The notes: a model not told the origin generated them from the letters alone. Shown: positions 47,884-58,130, numbered from the stretch's first letter. The stretch is DNA of 61,650 bases from Oscillospiraceae bacterium (GCA_018110785.1 JAGBHD010000054.1:1-61650); one strand, 5' to 3'. Translations and numbers: made by a program.

Positions 47884-48695
47884 GAGCGTTTTTTGAAGCA
47901 ATCATATCTTACCCCTTTATGCTCAGAGCCTTGATTGTCGGCGCTTTAGTTTCGGGCTGCTGTTCGGTTTTGGGAGTGCCTCTTGTTTTAAAGAGATATT
48001 CAATGATAGGCGATGGGCTTTCGCATGTTGCTTTCGGCGCGATAGCTTTAGCGACCGCCTTAGGGTTTGCCCCGATGGCATTTACCATACCTGTTGTTAT
48101 TTTAACTGCATTTTTACTGCTTCGTTTAAGCGAAAACGGAAAGATAAAGGGAGATGCGGCAATAGCCTTAATTTCGACGGGCGCTTTGGCGGTAGGGGTT
48201 ATGGCGGTTTCTTTATCCAAAGGAATGAATACCGATGTTTATAACTATATGTTCGGCTCGGTGCTTTCGATGAGCGAAAGCGATGTAACCTTAAGCATTA
48301 TTCTCGCGGCGGCGGTAATTGTTTTGTTTTTATGCTTTTATCATAAGATTTTCGCCGTTACCTTTGATGAGTCCTTTTTAAAAGCGGGCGGCATGAAAAC
48401 GGGCGCATATAATATGCTGATAAGCTTTTTAACCGCCGTAACGGTAGTTTTAGGAATGAGGGTTATGGGTGCACTTTTGATTTCGGCGCTGATTATTTTC
48501 CCGACGATGAGCGCGATGCGGCTTTTTAAAACCTTTAAAAAGGTAGTTCTAAGCGCACTTTTGATTTCGGTAGTGTCTTTCTTAGTGGGCTTTTATTTTT
48601 CCTATGCATATGATGCGCCGACGGGAGCGAGCATTGTTGTTATAAATATAATTCTGTTTTTGATTTTCAGTTTGATTGCGAAGTTCAAAAAATAA
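47880..48695 (+). CDS. Zn/Mn ABC transporter permease
   Basis: SMIGDGLSHVAF, YMFGS, GALLISAL, PTGASIV. Confidence 0.92.
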   Translation: MRAFFEAIISYPFMLRALIVGALVSGCCSVLGVPLVLKRYSMIGDGLSHVAFGAIALATALGFAPMAFTIPVVILTAFLLLRLSENGKIKGDAAIALISTGALAVGVMAVSLSKGMNTDVYNYMFGSVLSMSESDVTLSIILAAAVIVLFLCFYHKIFAVTFDESFLKAGGMKTGAYNMLISFLTAVTVVLGMRVMGALLISALIIFPTMSAMRLFKTFKKVVLSALLISVVSFLVGFYFSYAYDAPTGASIVVINIILFLIFSLIAKFKK

Positions 48696-48704
48696 TTAAA
48701 ATAA

Positions 48705-48738
48705 AAAAATTCCGAGGTTTTAAAACCTCGGAATTTTT
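48705..48738. terminator. Bidirectional terminator
   Basis: Long inverted repeat AAAAATTCCGAGGTTT/AAACCTCGGAATTTTT between convergent genes. Confidence 0.88.
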
Positions 48739-48753
48739 GTTTTACCTTATGAC

Positions 48754-51700
48754 TTATTTGCCGTAAACTTCTGCGAGTTTCTCAAGGTGCTCTCTGTGCT
48801 CCTTAGCGCGAGCTTCTGCCTTAGCAAAGAGCTCTTCTGCCTTTTCAGGGAAGGAACGTGTCAAAGAGGAGTAACGAGCCTCGTTCATAATGAAGTCCTT
48901 ATAGCTCTGGGTAGCAGGTTTGCTATCAAGAGAGAAGGGATTTTTGCCTTCTGCCTTGAGCGAAGGATTGAAACGGAACATATCCCAATATCCGCAGTCA
49001 ACAGCCTTCTTCATTTCGTTCTGGCAGTTAACCATACCGCCCTTAATGGAATGCATCTCGCAAGGAGCGTAACCGATGATAAGGGAGGGGCCCGGATAAG
49101 CTTCAGCTTCTTCGATAGCCTTTAAGGTCTGATTCATATCAGCGCCCATAGCGATCTGAGCTACATAGATATATCCATAGGACATAGCAATTTCAGCAAG
49201 AGATTTCTTAGCGATTGCTTTACCTGCAGCTGCGAACTGAGCAACCTGACCGATCTGAGAAGCCTTGGAAGCCTGACCGCCTGTATTAGAATAAACCTCG
49301 GTATCAAATACCATAACGTTTACATCTTCGCCCGAAGCGAGGACATGGTCAAGTCCGCCAAATCCGATATCATAAGCCCAACCGTCTCCACCGAAGATCC
49401 AAACGGATTTTTTGGAGAGGTATTCTTTATGATCAAGAACGTCTTTGCAGAGAGCGCAATCAGCGCCTGCTTCTTCAATAGCAGCAACTAACTTTTCAGC
49501 AGCTGCGCCGTTTGTTTTACCGTCGTTAACGGTTGCAAGGAATTCTTCGCCTGCAGCCTTAACAGCGCTGTCAGCCTTATCAGAAGCTACGATCTCTTCA
49601 ACATCAGCGATAAGACGATCTCTTAAAGCTTTCTGACCGAGATACATACCAAGACCGTGCTCAGCGTTATCCTCGAACAAGGAGTTAGCCCAAGCAGGAC
49701 CCTGTCCCTTAGCGTTTGTTGTATAAGGAGAGGTAGCAGCGGGGCCGCCCCAGATAGAAGAACATCCAGTTGCATTGGAGATATACATTCTGTCTCCAAA
49801 GAGCTGAGTTATAAGGCGAGCATAAGCTGTTTCAGCACAGCCTGCGCAAGAGCCTGAGAACTCAAGGAGAGGTTTCTTATACTGGCTGGAGATAACATTC
49901 ATCTTCTCGGTTGTTTCAGCCTTTTCTGTTGCATTAGCAACGAGATAATCAAATACTTCCTGCTGATCCTCAACGGATTCTCTCGGAACCATCTTTAAGG
50001 AGTTGGTCGGGCAAACGCCGATACAAACTCCGCATCCCATACAATCTAAGGGAGAAACAGCGAGGGTATAGGTATAGTTTGTTTTAACAACGGGCTTAGG
50101 AGCCTTCTTCATATTAGCAGGTGCATTAGCTACTTCGTTTTCATCTAAAGCGAAAGGACGAATTGTAGCGTGAGGGCAAACGAAGGAACACTTATTACAT
50201 TTAGCGCAGGTGTCCTGATTCCAATCGGGAACCATAACAGCAACGCCGCGTTTCTCGTAAGCAGAAGCGCCCTGCTCGAATGTGCCGTCGGCATGATCCA
50301 TAAAGGAGGAAACGGGAATGCTGTCGCCGTCCATCTTGCTGACAGGCTTCATAATACCGTCAACCATCTTAACGAGCTTAGCGGGACCGTTTTCTGTAAC
50401 AGCTACTGTTTCATCGGTAGCGTTCTTCCAATCAGCGGGAACGTCGATCTTAACAAATGCTGTAGCACCTGCATCGATAGCTTTATGGTTCATATCAACA
50501 ATGTCCTGACCTTTTTTGAGGTAGGATTTTGTTGCAGCTTCTTTCATATATTTGATTGCGTCCTCAGCGGGCATGATCTTTGCAAGAGCAAAGAATGCAG
50601 ACTGGAGGATTGTATTTGTTCTCTTGCCCATACCGATCTGAGCGGCAAGGTCAATAGCGTTAACGGTATAAAGCTGAACATTGTTTTCAGCAATATAGCG
50701 TTTTGTTTCAGCGTTCAAATGGTGGCTGAGCTCTTCAGCGTTCCACTGGCAGTTGATAAGGAATACACCGCCCGGCTTAACATCGTTAACCATTTTGTAA
50801 CCCTTGATAATGTAAGAGGGGTTATGGCAGGCAACGAAGTCAGCTTTGTTTACATAGTAAGGGCTCTTGATAGCCTTATCGCCGAAACGTAAGTGAGAAA
50901 TTGTAATACCACCGGTCTTTTTAGAGTCATACTGGAAATATGCCTGAACATATTTATCGGTATGGTCGCCGATGATTTTGATGGAGTTTTTGTTAGCACC
51001 AACAGTACCGTCGCCGCCGAGACCCCAGAATTTGCACTCGATTGTGCCTTCTGCTGCGGTGTTAGGCGCGGGTTTCTCTTCGAGAGAGAGGTGGGTAACG
51101 TCGTCGTTGATTCCAAGGGTAAAGTAAACCTTTCCGTCTTCCTTTTTGAGTTCATCATAAACTGCGAAGATGCTGGAAGGAGGAGTATCCTTAGAGCCGA
51201 GACCATAACGGCCGCCGCAAACTGCGATGCCCGTTCTTCCCATACGGTTAAGAGCGGCAACAACGTCGAGATATAAAGGCTCGCCGAGAGCGCCAGGTTC
51301 TTTTGTTCTGTCTAAAACTGCGATTTTCTTAGCAGTAGCAGGGATAGCTTCGCAGAGCTTTTCAGCAGAGAAAGGACGATAAAGACGAACTTTAACAAGA
51401 CCAACCTTCTCGCCCATAGCGGTAAGGTAATCTATAACCTCTTCTGCAACGTCGCAGATGGAGCCCATAGCGATAATAACTCTGTCTGCATCGGGAGCAC
51501 CATAGTAGTTAAAGAGCTTGTAATCAGTTCCAAGCTTAGCATTTACTTTATCCATATATTCTTCAACAATAGCGGGAACTGCATCATAATAGCTGTTGCA
51601 AGCCTCGCGGTGCTGGAAGAAGATATCTCCGTTTTCGTGGGATCCGCGCATTACAGGACGATCAGGATTTAAAGCTCTCTTGCGGAAAGCGTTAACTGCG

Positions 51701-52293
51701 TCCATATCAACCATTTCTTTAAGATCGTCATAATCCCAAACAGCAACCTTCTGGATTTCATGAGATGTACGGAAACCGTCGAAGAAGTTGATGAAAGGAA
51801 CGCGGCTCTTGATAGAAGCTAAATGAGCAACTGCGCCGAGGTCCATAACTTCCTGAGGGTTAGTATCTGCCATCATAGCAAAGCCTGTCTGACGGCAAGC
51901 ATAAACGTCGGAATGGTCTCCGAAGATGTTGAGAGCGTGAGAAGCTACGCAACGAGCTGATACATGGAATACGCAAGGGAGCAACTCGCCTGCGATTTTG
52001 TACATATTCGGAATCATAAGAAGAAGACCTTGGGAAGCGGTGTATGTAGTTGTTAATGCACCAACTGCCAAAGATCCGTGAACAGTACCTGCAGCGCCTG
52101 CTTCAGATTCCATTTCAACAACGCGAACCTTTGTTCCGAAAATGTTTTTGAGTCCGGTAGCGGACCACTGATCAACATAGTCAGCCATAGGGCTGGAAGG
52201 TGTGATCGGGTAGATTCCGGCTACCTCGGTAAAAGCATACGACACGTGAGCCGCAGCGTTATTACCGTCCATAGTTTTGAATTTTCTTGCCAT
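48754..52293 (-). CDS. nifJ: Pyruvate:ferredoxin/flavodoxin oxidoreductase
   Basis: 1179 aa; YPITPSS, FDGFRTSHE, GLGGDGTVGANK, two ferredoxin motifs, GGDGWAYDIG. Confidence 0.96.
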   Translation of the reverse strand: MARKFKTMDGNNAAAHVSYAFTEVAGIYPITPSSPMADYVDQWSATGLKNIFGTKVRVVEMESEAGAAGTVHGSLAVGALTTTYTASQGLLLMIPNMYKIAGELLPCVFHVSARCVASHALNIFGDHSDVYACRQTGFAMMADTNPQEVMDLGAVAHLASIKSRVPFINFFDGFRTSHEIQKVAVWDYDDLKEMVDMDAVNAFRKRALNPDRPVMRGSHENGDIFFQHREACNSYYDAVPAIVEEYMDKVNAKLGTDYKLFNYYGAPDADRVIIAMGSICDVAEEVIDYLTAMGEKVGLVKVRLYRPFSAEKLCEAIPATAKKIAVLDRTKEPGALGEPLYLDVVAALNRMGRTGIAVCGGRYGLGSKDTPPSSIFAVYDELKKEDGKVYFTLGINDDVTHLSLEEKPAPNTAAEGTIECKFWGLGGDGTVGANKNSIKIIGDHTDKYVQAYFQYDSKKTGGITISHLRFGDKAIKSPYYVNKADFVACHNPSYIIKGYKMVNDVKPGGVFLINCQWNAEELSHHLNAETKRYIAENNVQLYTVNAIDLAAQIGMGKRTNTILQSAFFALAKIMPAEDAIKYMKEAATKSYLKKGQDIVDMNHKAIDAGATAFVKIDVPADWKNATDETVAVTENGPAKLVKMVDGIMKPVSKMDGDSIPVSSFMDHADGTFEQGASAYEKRGVAVMVPDWNQDTCAKCNKCSFVCPHATIRPFALDENEVANAPANMKKAPKPVVKTNYTYTLAVSPLDCMGCGVCIGVCPTNSLKMVPRESVEDQQEVFDYLVANATEKAETTEKMNVISSQYKKPLLEFSGSCAGCAETAYARLITQLFGDRMYISNATGCSSIWGGPAATSPYTTNAKGQGPAWANSLFEDNAEHGLGMYLGQKALRDRLIADVEEIVASDKADSAVKAAGEEFLATVNDGKTNGAAAEKLVAAIEEAGADCALCKDVLDHKEYLSKKSVWIFGGDGWAYDIGFGGLDHVLASGEDVNVMVFDTEVYSNTGGQASKASQIGQVAQFAAAGKAIAKKSLAEIAMSYGYIYVAQIAMGADMNQTLKAIEEAEAYPGPSLIIGYAPCEMHSIKGGMVNCQNEMKKAVDCGYWDMFRFNPSLKAEGKNPFSLDSKPATQSYKDFIMNEARYSSLTRSFPEKAEELFAKAEARAKEHREHLEKLAEVYGK

Positions 52294-52392
52294 GGATTTT
52301 TTTCCTCCTTAAATTAATTCTATGTGAATTATGATTACATAATTTCATACATTATTAAGTTTATCACTTTTGAGGTTTTCTGTAAAGAACTT

Positions 52393-52410
52393 TTGTCAAA
52401 AAAATGACAA
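52393..52410. promoter_or_regulatory. Putative Rex-like operator upstream of the PFOR promoter
   Basis: 18-bp palindrome TTGTCA-AAAAAA-TGACAA next to the minus-strand promoter TTTACA-17 bp-TAAACT (-35 at 52381-52386). Confidence 0.5.
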
Positions 52411-52438
52411 AAAATTGTCCAAATTTTTGCTCAAATTT

Positions 52439-53314
52439 TTAGAAATTTGGGGTAAAAACGGAAGAAGCGGAAGTTTTGTCCTGAGAAAATCCCGAAAAGC
52501 CTAATTTTTCTGCTTCCTTTAAAACAGAATTGTATTCAAATTCGGTAACTTTCCTTTTAAGTTCCGGAAAGCTTTCGGGTGCAAAATCGGGGGTATACTG
52601 CCGCATAAGGCTTAAAAGGATATTTTCGCTTCCAACCTCTTCGTAAAGTCGGTTTAAAATATCTATAGAGTCGAGCCGTAAAGACGGGAGAACTAAATGG
52701 CGGACCATAACTCCGCGCTTTAAAAGGCTGTTTTCTAAGTTAGGTTTTCCTGTTTGGCGGACCATCTCCTTTATAGCTTTTATAGCTATAGGGAAATAGT
52801 TTTCAGCGCCTGAATATTTAAGAGAATATTCAGAAGAAAAATATTTTAAATCGGGCAAATAGATATCGATAAGCCCCTCTAATTTTTTTAAAGTTTCTAC
52901 TTTTTCATATCCGCCGCAGTTATAAATTACAGGGATATGAAGAAGCGGTTTTATATCTTTCAAAACGGCGGCGATATCTTCTGCGTAATGCGTTGGGGTT
53001 ACGAGGTTGATGTTTAAAACGCCTTTTTCTTGGAGCTTTAATATAATTTCGCCAAGCTCCTTTTTCGAAACGGGTTTTCCTTTTAAAAATCTGCTGATAG
53101 CTTTATTCTGGCAATAAACGCACCGAAGGGAGCAGCCGCTGAAAAACAGCATACCGCTCCCGTTTGTTGTTTTATCTCCGCTTATAGGCGGCTCTTCATA
53201 ATAAAAGGGGGTAACCTTTGCTAAATAGATTTCATCTGTCGCTCCGCAAAAGCCCTTTTCGCCCTTTTCTCTGTTTACTAAGCATTCTCTGGGACAAATA
53301 TTACAGCTGCTCAT
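52439..53314 (-). CDS. Radical SAM protein, PflX-like
   Basis: CNICPREC, EEPPISG, FSGCSLRCVYCQN, NINLVTPTH, VRHLVLP. Confidence 0.88.
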   Translation of the reverse strand: MSSCNICPRECLVNREKGEKGFCGATDEIYLAKVTPFYYEEPPISGDKTTNGSGMLFFSGCSLRCVYCQNKAISRFLKGKPVSKKELGEIILKLQEKGVLNINLVTPTHYAEDIAAVLKDIKPLLHIPVIYNCGGYEKVETLKKLEGLIDIYLPDLKYFSSEYSLKYSGAENYFPIAIKAIKEMVRQTGKPNLENSLLKRGVMVRHLVLPSLRLDSIDILNRLYEEVGSENILLSLMRQYTPDFAPESFPELKRKVTEFEYNSVLKEAEKLGFSGFSQDKTSASSVFTPNF

Positions 53315-53748
53315 TTTCTTCCCGTTGAGCCGAAGCCGCCCTCACCTCTGATAGTATCGGAAAGGGTATCGGTTTCCTCGTATTCGGCGGTAAGATAAGG
53401 AACTAAGGATATCTGGGCTATTCTTTCGCCTTTTTCGATGATTTTATCCTCTGAGCTATGGTTATGAAGCGCTACCATAATTTCGCCTCTGTAATCGCTG
53501 TCGATAACACCGACCTTATTAGCAGGGGCAAGTCCTTTTTTGCAGGCAAGGCCGCTTCTTGCGAAAACAAGACCTACATAGCCCTCAGGGATTTCCATAG
53601 CAATTCCTGTATGGACAAAAACAGTTTTTCCTGCGGGTATAATAGTATCTTCGTTTTCTGCGCTGCAAAGGTCGGCTCCTGCTGCGAAAGATGAGCCATA
53701 AGACGGCGCTTTGGCATTTTCATTTAATTTTTTGAAATTTACTTTCAT
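53311..53748 (-). CDS. dut: dUTP diphosphatase
   Basis: AGADL, RSGLA, GVIDSDYRGE, RIAQ, RGEGGFGSTG. Confidence 0.98.
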   Translation of the reverse strand: MKVNFKKLNENAKAPSYGSSFAAGADLCSAENEDTIIPAGKTVFVHTGIAMEIPEGYVGLVFARSGLACKKGLAPANKVGVIDSDYRGEIMVALHNHSSEDKIIEKGERIAQISLVPYLTAEYEETDTLSDTIRGEGGFGSTGRK

Positions 53749-53830
53749 TGAAAGCTCCTTTTAAACTAAAAAAATCAACTTTTTACAAAATAATTATATT
53801 ATGAAAGTAAAAAGAAAGCAAGTCTTTCTA

Positions 53831-53859
53831 TTTACTTTTCGGATTTAATGTGTTAAACT
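53831..53859 (+). promoter_or_regulatory. Promoter with overlapping palindrome upstream of the second yerC
   Basis: TTTACT-17 bp-TAAACT with extended TG; palindrome TTTAA-TGTG-TTAAA at 53844-53857. Confidence 0.5.
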
Positions 53860-53895
53860 ATAAAAGTGAGAAAAAACTAAAGGATGTGATTTATT

Positions 53896-54189
53896 GTGAA
53901 TGCGAAATATGCAAACGAGGAGAGTATAGCTGAGCTTTATGAGGCTATGCTTATTCCTGAAACGGTTGAGGAATATACAAGCTTTTTGACCGACCTTTGT
54001 ACTGTTGCAGAAATAAAGGCAATGGCGCAGAGATTGCAGGTTGCAAAAATGCTTAAAGCGGGAAAGGTTTACAGCGAGATCGTTGAAACAACAGGCGCTT
54101 CAACTGCAACTATAAGCAGGGTTAACCGTTCGCTTTTCTATGGCGGAAAGGGCTATGAAACTGTTTTAAAGAGGCTTGAAGATAAATGA
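53896..54189 (+). CDS. YerC/YecD TrpR-family regulator (second paralogue)
   Basis: FLTDLCTVAEIKAMAQRL, TGASTATISRVNR; GTG start. Confidence 0.9.
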   Translation: MNAKYANEESIAELYEAMLIPETVEEYTSFLTDLCTVAEIKAMAQRLQVAKMLKAGKVYSEIVETTGASTATISRVNRSLFYGGKGYETVLKRLEDK

Positions 54190-54935
54190 GCGGATATGGA
54201 GCCTTCTCCGAGGTTTATGACCTTTTAATGGGGAATGTTGATTATAAAGGCAGAGCCGAAGTTTTTGATGCTTTAATAAAAAAATATTCTCTTATTGAGC
54301 CGAAAACCCTTTTGGATATTGCCTGCGGAACAGGCAACTTAACCTTTTTGTTTTATGAAAAGGGTTACGATATAACTGCTGTTGATATATCCGAAGAAAT
54401 GCTGATGCAGGCTTTCGAGAAAAGAATGCGGCTTGGCGCTGACAGCGTTTTGCTTTTATGTCAGGATATGACCGAGCTTGATTTAAACGATACGGTTGAT
54501 GCGGCTGTTTGCTCTATGGACGGGATAAACCATTTAACCGATACCGAGGATTTATCAAAAGCCTTTCAGCGGATATCCATCTTTTTGAACAAGGGCGGAG
54601 TTTTTGTTTTCGATGCGAATACCGTTTATAAGCATAGAGAGATTTTAGGGAACAACTGTTTTCAGATAGATGAGGGAGATGTTTTCTGTTCTTGGCAAAA
54701 TAATCTTTATGCTGATAATGTTGTAGGGATAAGCCTTAATATCTTTAAAAAAGATTTCAGCGGAAAATATCAGAGAGATGCTGAGTATTTTGAAGAACGC
54801 GCATATACGAAAGAGGAGTTTATAGCCTTAGCTGAGAATGCGGGGCTTCAGTTTATAGCTGAGCTTGATGAGAATAGCTTGGAAGAGCCGAAGATTGTTT
54901 CTCAGCGGCTTTATTATGTTTTTAGAAAAGTTTGA
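54186..54935 (+). CDS. Class I SAM-dependent methyltransferase
   Basis: LDIACGTG, VDISEEML, QDM, GGVFVFD. Confidence 0.88.
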   Translation: MSGYGAFSEVYDLLMGNVDYKGRAEVFDALIKKYSLIEPKTLLDIACGTGNLTFLFYEKGYDITAVDISEEMLMQAFEKRMRLGADSVLLLCQDMTELDLNDTVDAAVCSMDGINHLTDTEDLSKAFQRISIFLNKGGVFVFDANTVYKHREILGNNCFQIDEGDVFCSWQNNLYADNVVGISLNIFKKDFSGKYQRDAEYFEERAYTKEEFIALAENAGLQFIAELDENSLEEPKIVSQRLYYVFRKV

Positions 54936-54949
54936 GATGATGAAATTAA

Positions 54950-55816
54950 ATGGGTAAACTTGTAAGAATGTTAACGAAAGACGGGGCTGTTGTTGTAACG
55001 GCGGTTGATTCAACCGATATTGTAAATGCGGCTCAAAGCCACCATAAAACTTTGGAGCTTGCTTCGGCGGCGCTCGGCAGGCTTTTAACGGCGGCATCTT
55101 TAATGGGATATAATTTAAAAAACGAAACCGATTCGCTTACTCTTCAAATAAGGGGCGACGGACCTTTGGGAACGCTTATTGCCGTTTCCGATTATATGGG
55201 AAATGTTAGGGGATATGTTGAAAATCCTATGGAGCAGCTGCCGCTGAATGGAAAAGGCAAGATAGACGTAGGCGGCGGAGTAGGCGGCGGTCAGCTTTAT
55301 GTTGTTAAAGATTTGAGCTTAAAAGAGCCGTATTCGGGCTGTATTCCCTTAGTTTCGGGGGAGATAGCCGAGGATATAACCGAATATTATGCTGTAAGTG
55401 AACAGACGCCGACAGTTTGCGCCCTCGGTGTTTTGGTTGATAGGGATTATACAATTAAACACGCGGGCGGATATCTTTTACAGCTTCTCCCGTTTACACC
55501 CGACGAAACGATTGATAAGATTGAAGCAAATCTTAAATTGATGCCGTCGGTAACGAATATGATGCTTGAGGGCAAAACCCCCGAGGATTTTTGCAAAATG
55601 CTTCTTGAGGGGATGGAGCCTGAGATACTCGATGAAACCGAAACCTCGTATAAATGCCGCTGCTCCAGAGAAAAAACTCTTAAAGGCCTTGCTTCTTTGC
55701 CGCCTGAGGATATAAAAGAGCTTTCGGAGGACGAAGAGATAACGGTTGATTGCAGATTTTGCTCTGAAAAATATGTTTTCGGGAAAGCGGAATTATTAAA
55801 ACTAATAAAAGAATAA
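54950..55816 (+). CDS. hslO: Hsp33 redox-regulated chaperone
   Basis: ALGRLLT, SGEIAED, SEQTPT, CRC...CRFC zinc motif. Confidence 0.94.
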   Translation: MGKLVRMLTKDGAVVVTAVDSTDIVNAAQSHHKTLELASAALGRLLTAASLMGYNLKNETDSLTLQIRGDGPLGTLIAVSDYMGNVRGYVENPMEQLPLNGKGKIDVGGGVGGGQLYVVKDLSLKEPYSGCIPLVSGEIAEDITEYYAVSEQTPTVCALGVLVDRDYTIKHAGGYLLQLLPFTPDETIDKIEANLKLMPSVTNMMLEGKTPEDFCKMLLEGMEPEILDETETSYKCRCSREKTLKGLASLPPEDIKELSEDEEITVDCRFCSEKYVFGKAELLKLIKE

Positions 55817-55840
55817 AATACACGAAAGAGGATATTTTAA

Positions 55841-57061
55841 ATGGGAATTTATGAGGAACTTATAGAACGCGGGCTTATCGCGCAGGTAACAGATGAAGCG
55901 GAAATTCGCGAACTTGTAAATAAAGGAAAAGCGAAGTTTTATATCGGCTTTGACCCTACGGCTGATAGCTTACACGTTGGCCATTTTATGGCGCTTTGCT
56001 TAATGAAAAGACTTCAAGAGGCGGGGAATACCCCTGTTGTTTTAATAGGCGGAGGAACCGCTCATATAGGCGACCCGTCGGGAAGAAGCGATATGCGCTC
56101 GATGATGACTACCGAGCAGATAAACCATAACTGCGAATGCTTTAAAAAGCAGATGAGCCGTTTTATTGAATTCGGCGAAGATAAGGCTATTATGGTTAAT
56201 AATGCTGATTGGCTTTTAAAGCTTAACTATGTTGATTTTCTCAGAGAGGTAGGCGCCTGCTTCTCGGTTAATAAAATGCTCTCTGCAGAATGCTACAAGC
56301 AGAGAATGGAAAAGGGCCTTTCCTTTTTAGAGTTTAACTATATGCCGATGCAGAGCTATGATTTTTATTATCTCTTTAAGGAGTACGGCTGCAATATGCA
56401 GTTCGGCGGAGATGATCAATGGTCTAATATGCTCGGCGGAACAGAGCTTATCCGCCGCAAGCTCGGCAAAGACGCTTATGCAATGACGATTACTCTTCTT
56501 CTTAATTCCGAGGGCAAGAAGATGGGTAAAACTCAGTCGGGCGCGGTATGGCTTGATCCTAAGAAGACAACACCTTATGAATTTTTCCAGTATTGGAGAA
56601 ATGTTGATGATGCAGATGTTTTGAAATGTATCAAGATGCTGACATTCTTACCTCTGGATAAAATTAAGGAGATGGAAGCTTGGGAAGGCGCTAAGCTTAA
56701 CGAGGCTAAGGAGATTTTAGCTTATGAGCTTACAAAATTAGTTCACGGCGATGAAGAAGCCGAAAAGGCTCTTCAAGGCGCGCGCTCGATATTCGGCGGC
56801 GGCGGAACTGAAAATATGCCGACACATAGTCTTTCCGATACTGATTTTGCAGAGGGGGAAATAGACCTTCTTTCTATTCTTGTTAAATCTGGACTTACTC
56901 CTTCAAGAGGAGAGGCGAGAAGAGCTGTTGAGCAAGGCGGTGTTTCGGTTAATAACGAAAAAATGACCGACGGCAGAAAAACCTTTAAAAAAGAAGATTT
57001 TGCCGACGGCTTGGTTGTTAAAAAAGGAAAGAAAAACTTTATTAAGGTTTTAGCAGAATAA
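55841..57061 (+). CDS. tyrS: Tyrosine--tRNA ligase
   Basis: GFDPTADSLHVGH, QSYDF, GGDDQW, KMGKT, C-terminal S4 domain. Confidence 0.98.
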   Translation: MGIYEELIERGLIAQVTDEAEIRELVNKGKAKFYIGFDPTADSLHVGHFMALCLMKRLQEAGNTPVVLIGGGTAHIGDPSGRSDMRSMMTTEQINHNCECFKKQMSRFIEFGEDKAIMVNNADWLLKLNYVDFLREVGACFSVNKMLSAECYKQRMEKGLSFLEFNYMPMQSYDFYYLFKEYGCNMQFGGDDQWSNMLGGTELIRRKLGKDAYAMTITLLLNSEGKKMGKTQSGAVWLDPKKTTPYEFFQYWRNVDDADVLKCIKMLTFLPLDKIKEMEAWEGAKLNEAKEILAYELTKLVHGDEEAEKALQGARSIFGGGGTENMPTHSLSDTDFAEGEIDLLSILVKSGLTPSRGEARRAVEQGGVSVNNEKMTDGRKTFKKEDFADGLVVKKGKKNFIKVLAE

Positions 57062-57067
57062 ATTTTA

Positions 57068-57105
57068 AAAGCCTTGGCTTCGAATTCCGAAGCCAAGGCT
57101 TTTTT
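57068..57105. terminator. Bidirectional terminator
   Basis: AAAGCCTTGGCTTCG-AATTC-CGAAGCCAAGGCTTTTTT. Confidence 0.9.
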
Positions 57106-57112
57106 ACTTTTT

Positions 57113-57961
57113 CTATTTGCGGATAAACAAAATTCCCAAAGTTCCAGGTCCGCAATGGGAAGAAATGGTACAACCGGCGGTTGTTTTCAAAACCTCTGCG
57201 AAAGGAGCGCGCTCTAAAATAAGCTTTTCAATCTCATTTACGGTTTCATCGGAAACGTTACCCGAATTTGTAATGAAAATTCGGCTTAAATCCAAATCAT
57301 CTCTGCCATCTAAGCGGTCTTTAACATAGCTGTAGAAGCAGTCCTCAATTTTGCCGCGGTATTTTTTGCCAACACCCATTTTACCGTCCTTTACCTCGAT
57401 GCAGGGGCGAAGCTTTAAAAGGTTAGCTCCGAGAGCTGAAAGGGCGCTGCAACGTCCGCCTTTGTATAAATAATCTAATGTATCAACAACGAAGCTTGCT
57501 TCAACCTTGTCGCGAAGACCGTTTATAATACCAACGATTTCTTTTGCTGTTTTTCCCTCTTTAACAAGCTCGCATGCTTTTAAGGCTAAAAGGGCAGTTC
57601 CTGTTGAAAGGTTGAGAGAATCTATAGGATAAACACCTTCAATATCCTCTGCGGCAATAGCAGCATTCTGATAGGAAGAAGAAAATCCTGAGCTTATATT
57701 GAAATGGATAACCTCGCTTCCGTCAGCTACAAGATTTTTGAAGAACTCTTCATAAGCGGCAACGTTTATAGCGGCGGTTTTGGGGAGAGAGTTTGTTTTT
57801 TTAACCTCTTCGTAAAGCTTTTGGGGATTTATTGTTATTCCGTCCTCATAAGATGTTCCCCCGATTGTTACAATGAAAGGGCGGGTCTGTATTTTATATT
57901 TATTTAATATTTCGTTTGTTAAATCTACCGAGCTGTCAGCAGTTATGTATATTTTACCCAT
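57113..57961 (-). CDS. DegV family fatty-acid-binding protein (FakB-like)
   Basis: ITADSSVDL, LPKTAA, ISSGFSSSY, LYKGGR, ISSHCGPG. Confidence 0.92.
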   Translation of the reverse strand: MGKIYITADSSVDLTNEILNKYKIQTRPFIVTIGGTSYEDGITINPQKLYEEVKKTNSLPKTAAINVAAYEEFFKNLVADGSEVIHFNISSGFSSSYQNAAIAAEDIEGVYPIDSLNLSTGTALLALKACELVKEGKTAKEIVGIINGLRDKVEASFVVDTLDYLYKGGRCSALSALGANLLKLRPCIEVKDGKMGVGKKYRGKIEDCFYSYVKDRLDGRDDLDLSRIFITNSGNVSDETVNEIEKLILERAPFAEVLKTTAGCTISSHCGPGTLGILFIRK

Positions 57962-58037
57962 AATTACCTCCGATAATTTTATAATAACACAATTCTAACA
58001 TAATGAAGAAATTTTTGCAATAATTTTTATAAAACTA

Positions 58038-58066
58038 TTGATTTTTTGGAATGAAAAGGTTAGAAT
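58038..58066 (+). promoter_or_regulatory. SigA promoter of groESL
   Basis: TTGATT-17 bp-TAGAAT. Confidence 0.7.
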
Positions 58067-58070
58067 AGTT

Positions 58071-58097
58071 TTAGCACTCTAAGACGGTGAGTGCTAA
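58071..58097. promoter_or_regulatory. CIRCE element (HrcA operator)
   Basis: Perfect TTAGCACTC-N9-GAGTGCTAA. Confidence 0.97.
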
Positions 58098-58130
58098 ATT
58101 TGACAATTTAATTTTAGCGGAGGAGAAGAA

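Noticed and set aside
50170-51276. Long plus-strand ORFs opposite PFOR, and similar antisense ORFs across the ribosomal genes
   Set aside because: Expected antisense open frames of highly codon-biased genes; no RBS or motifs.
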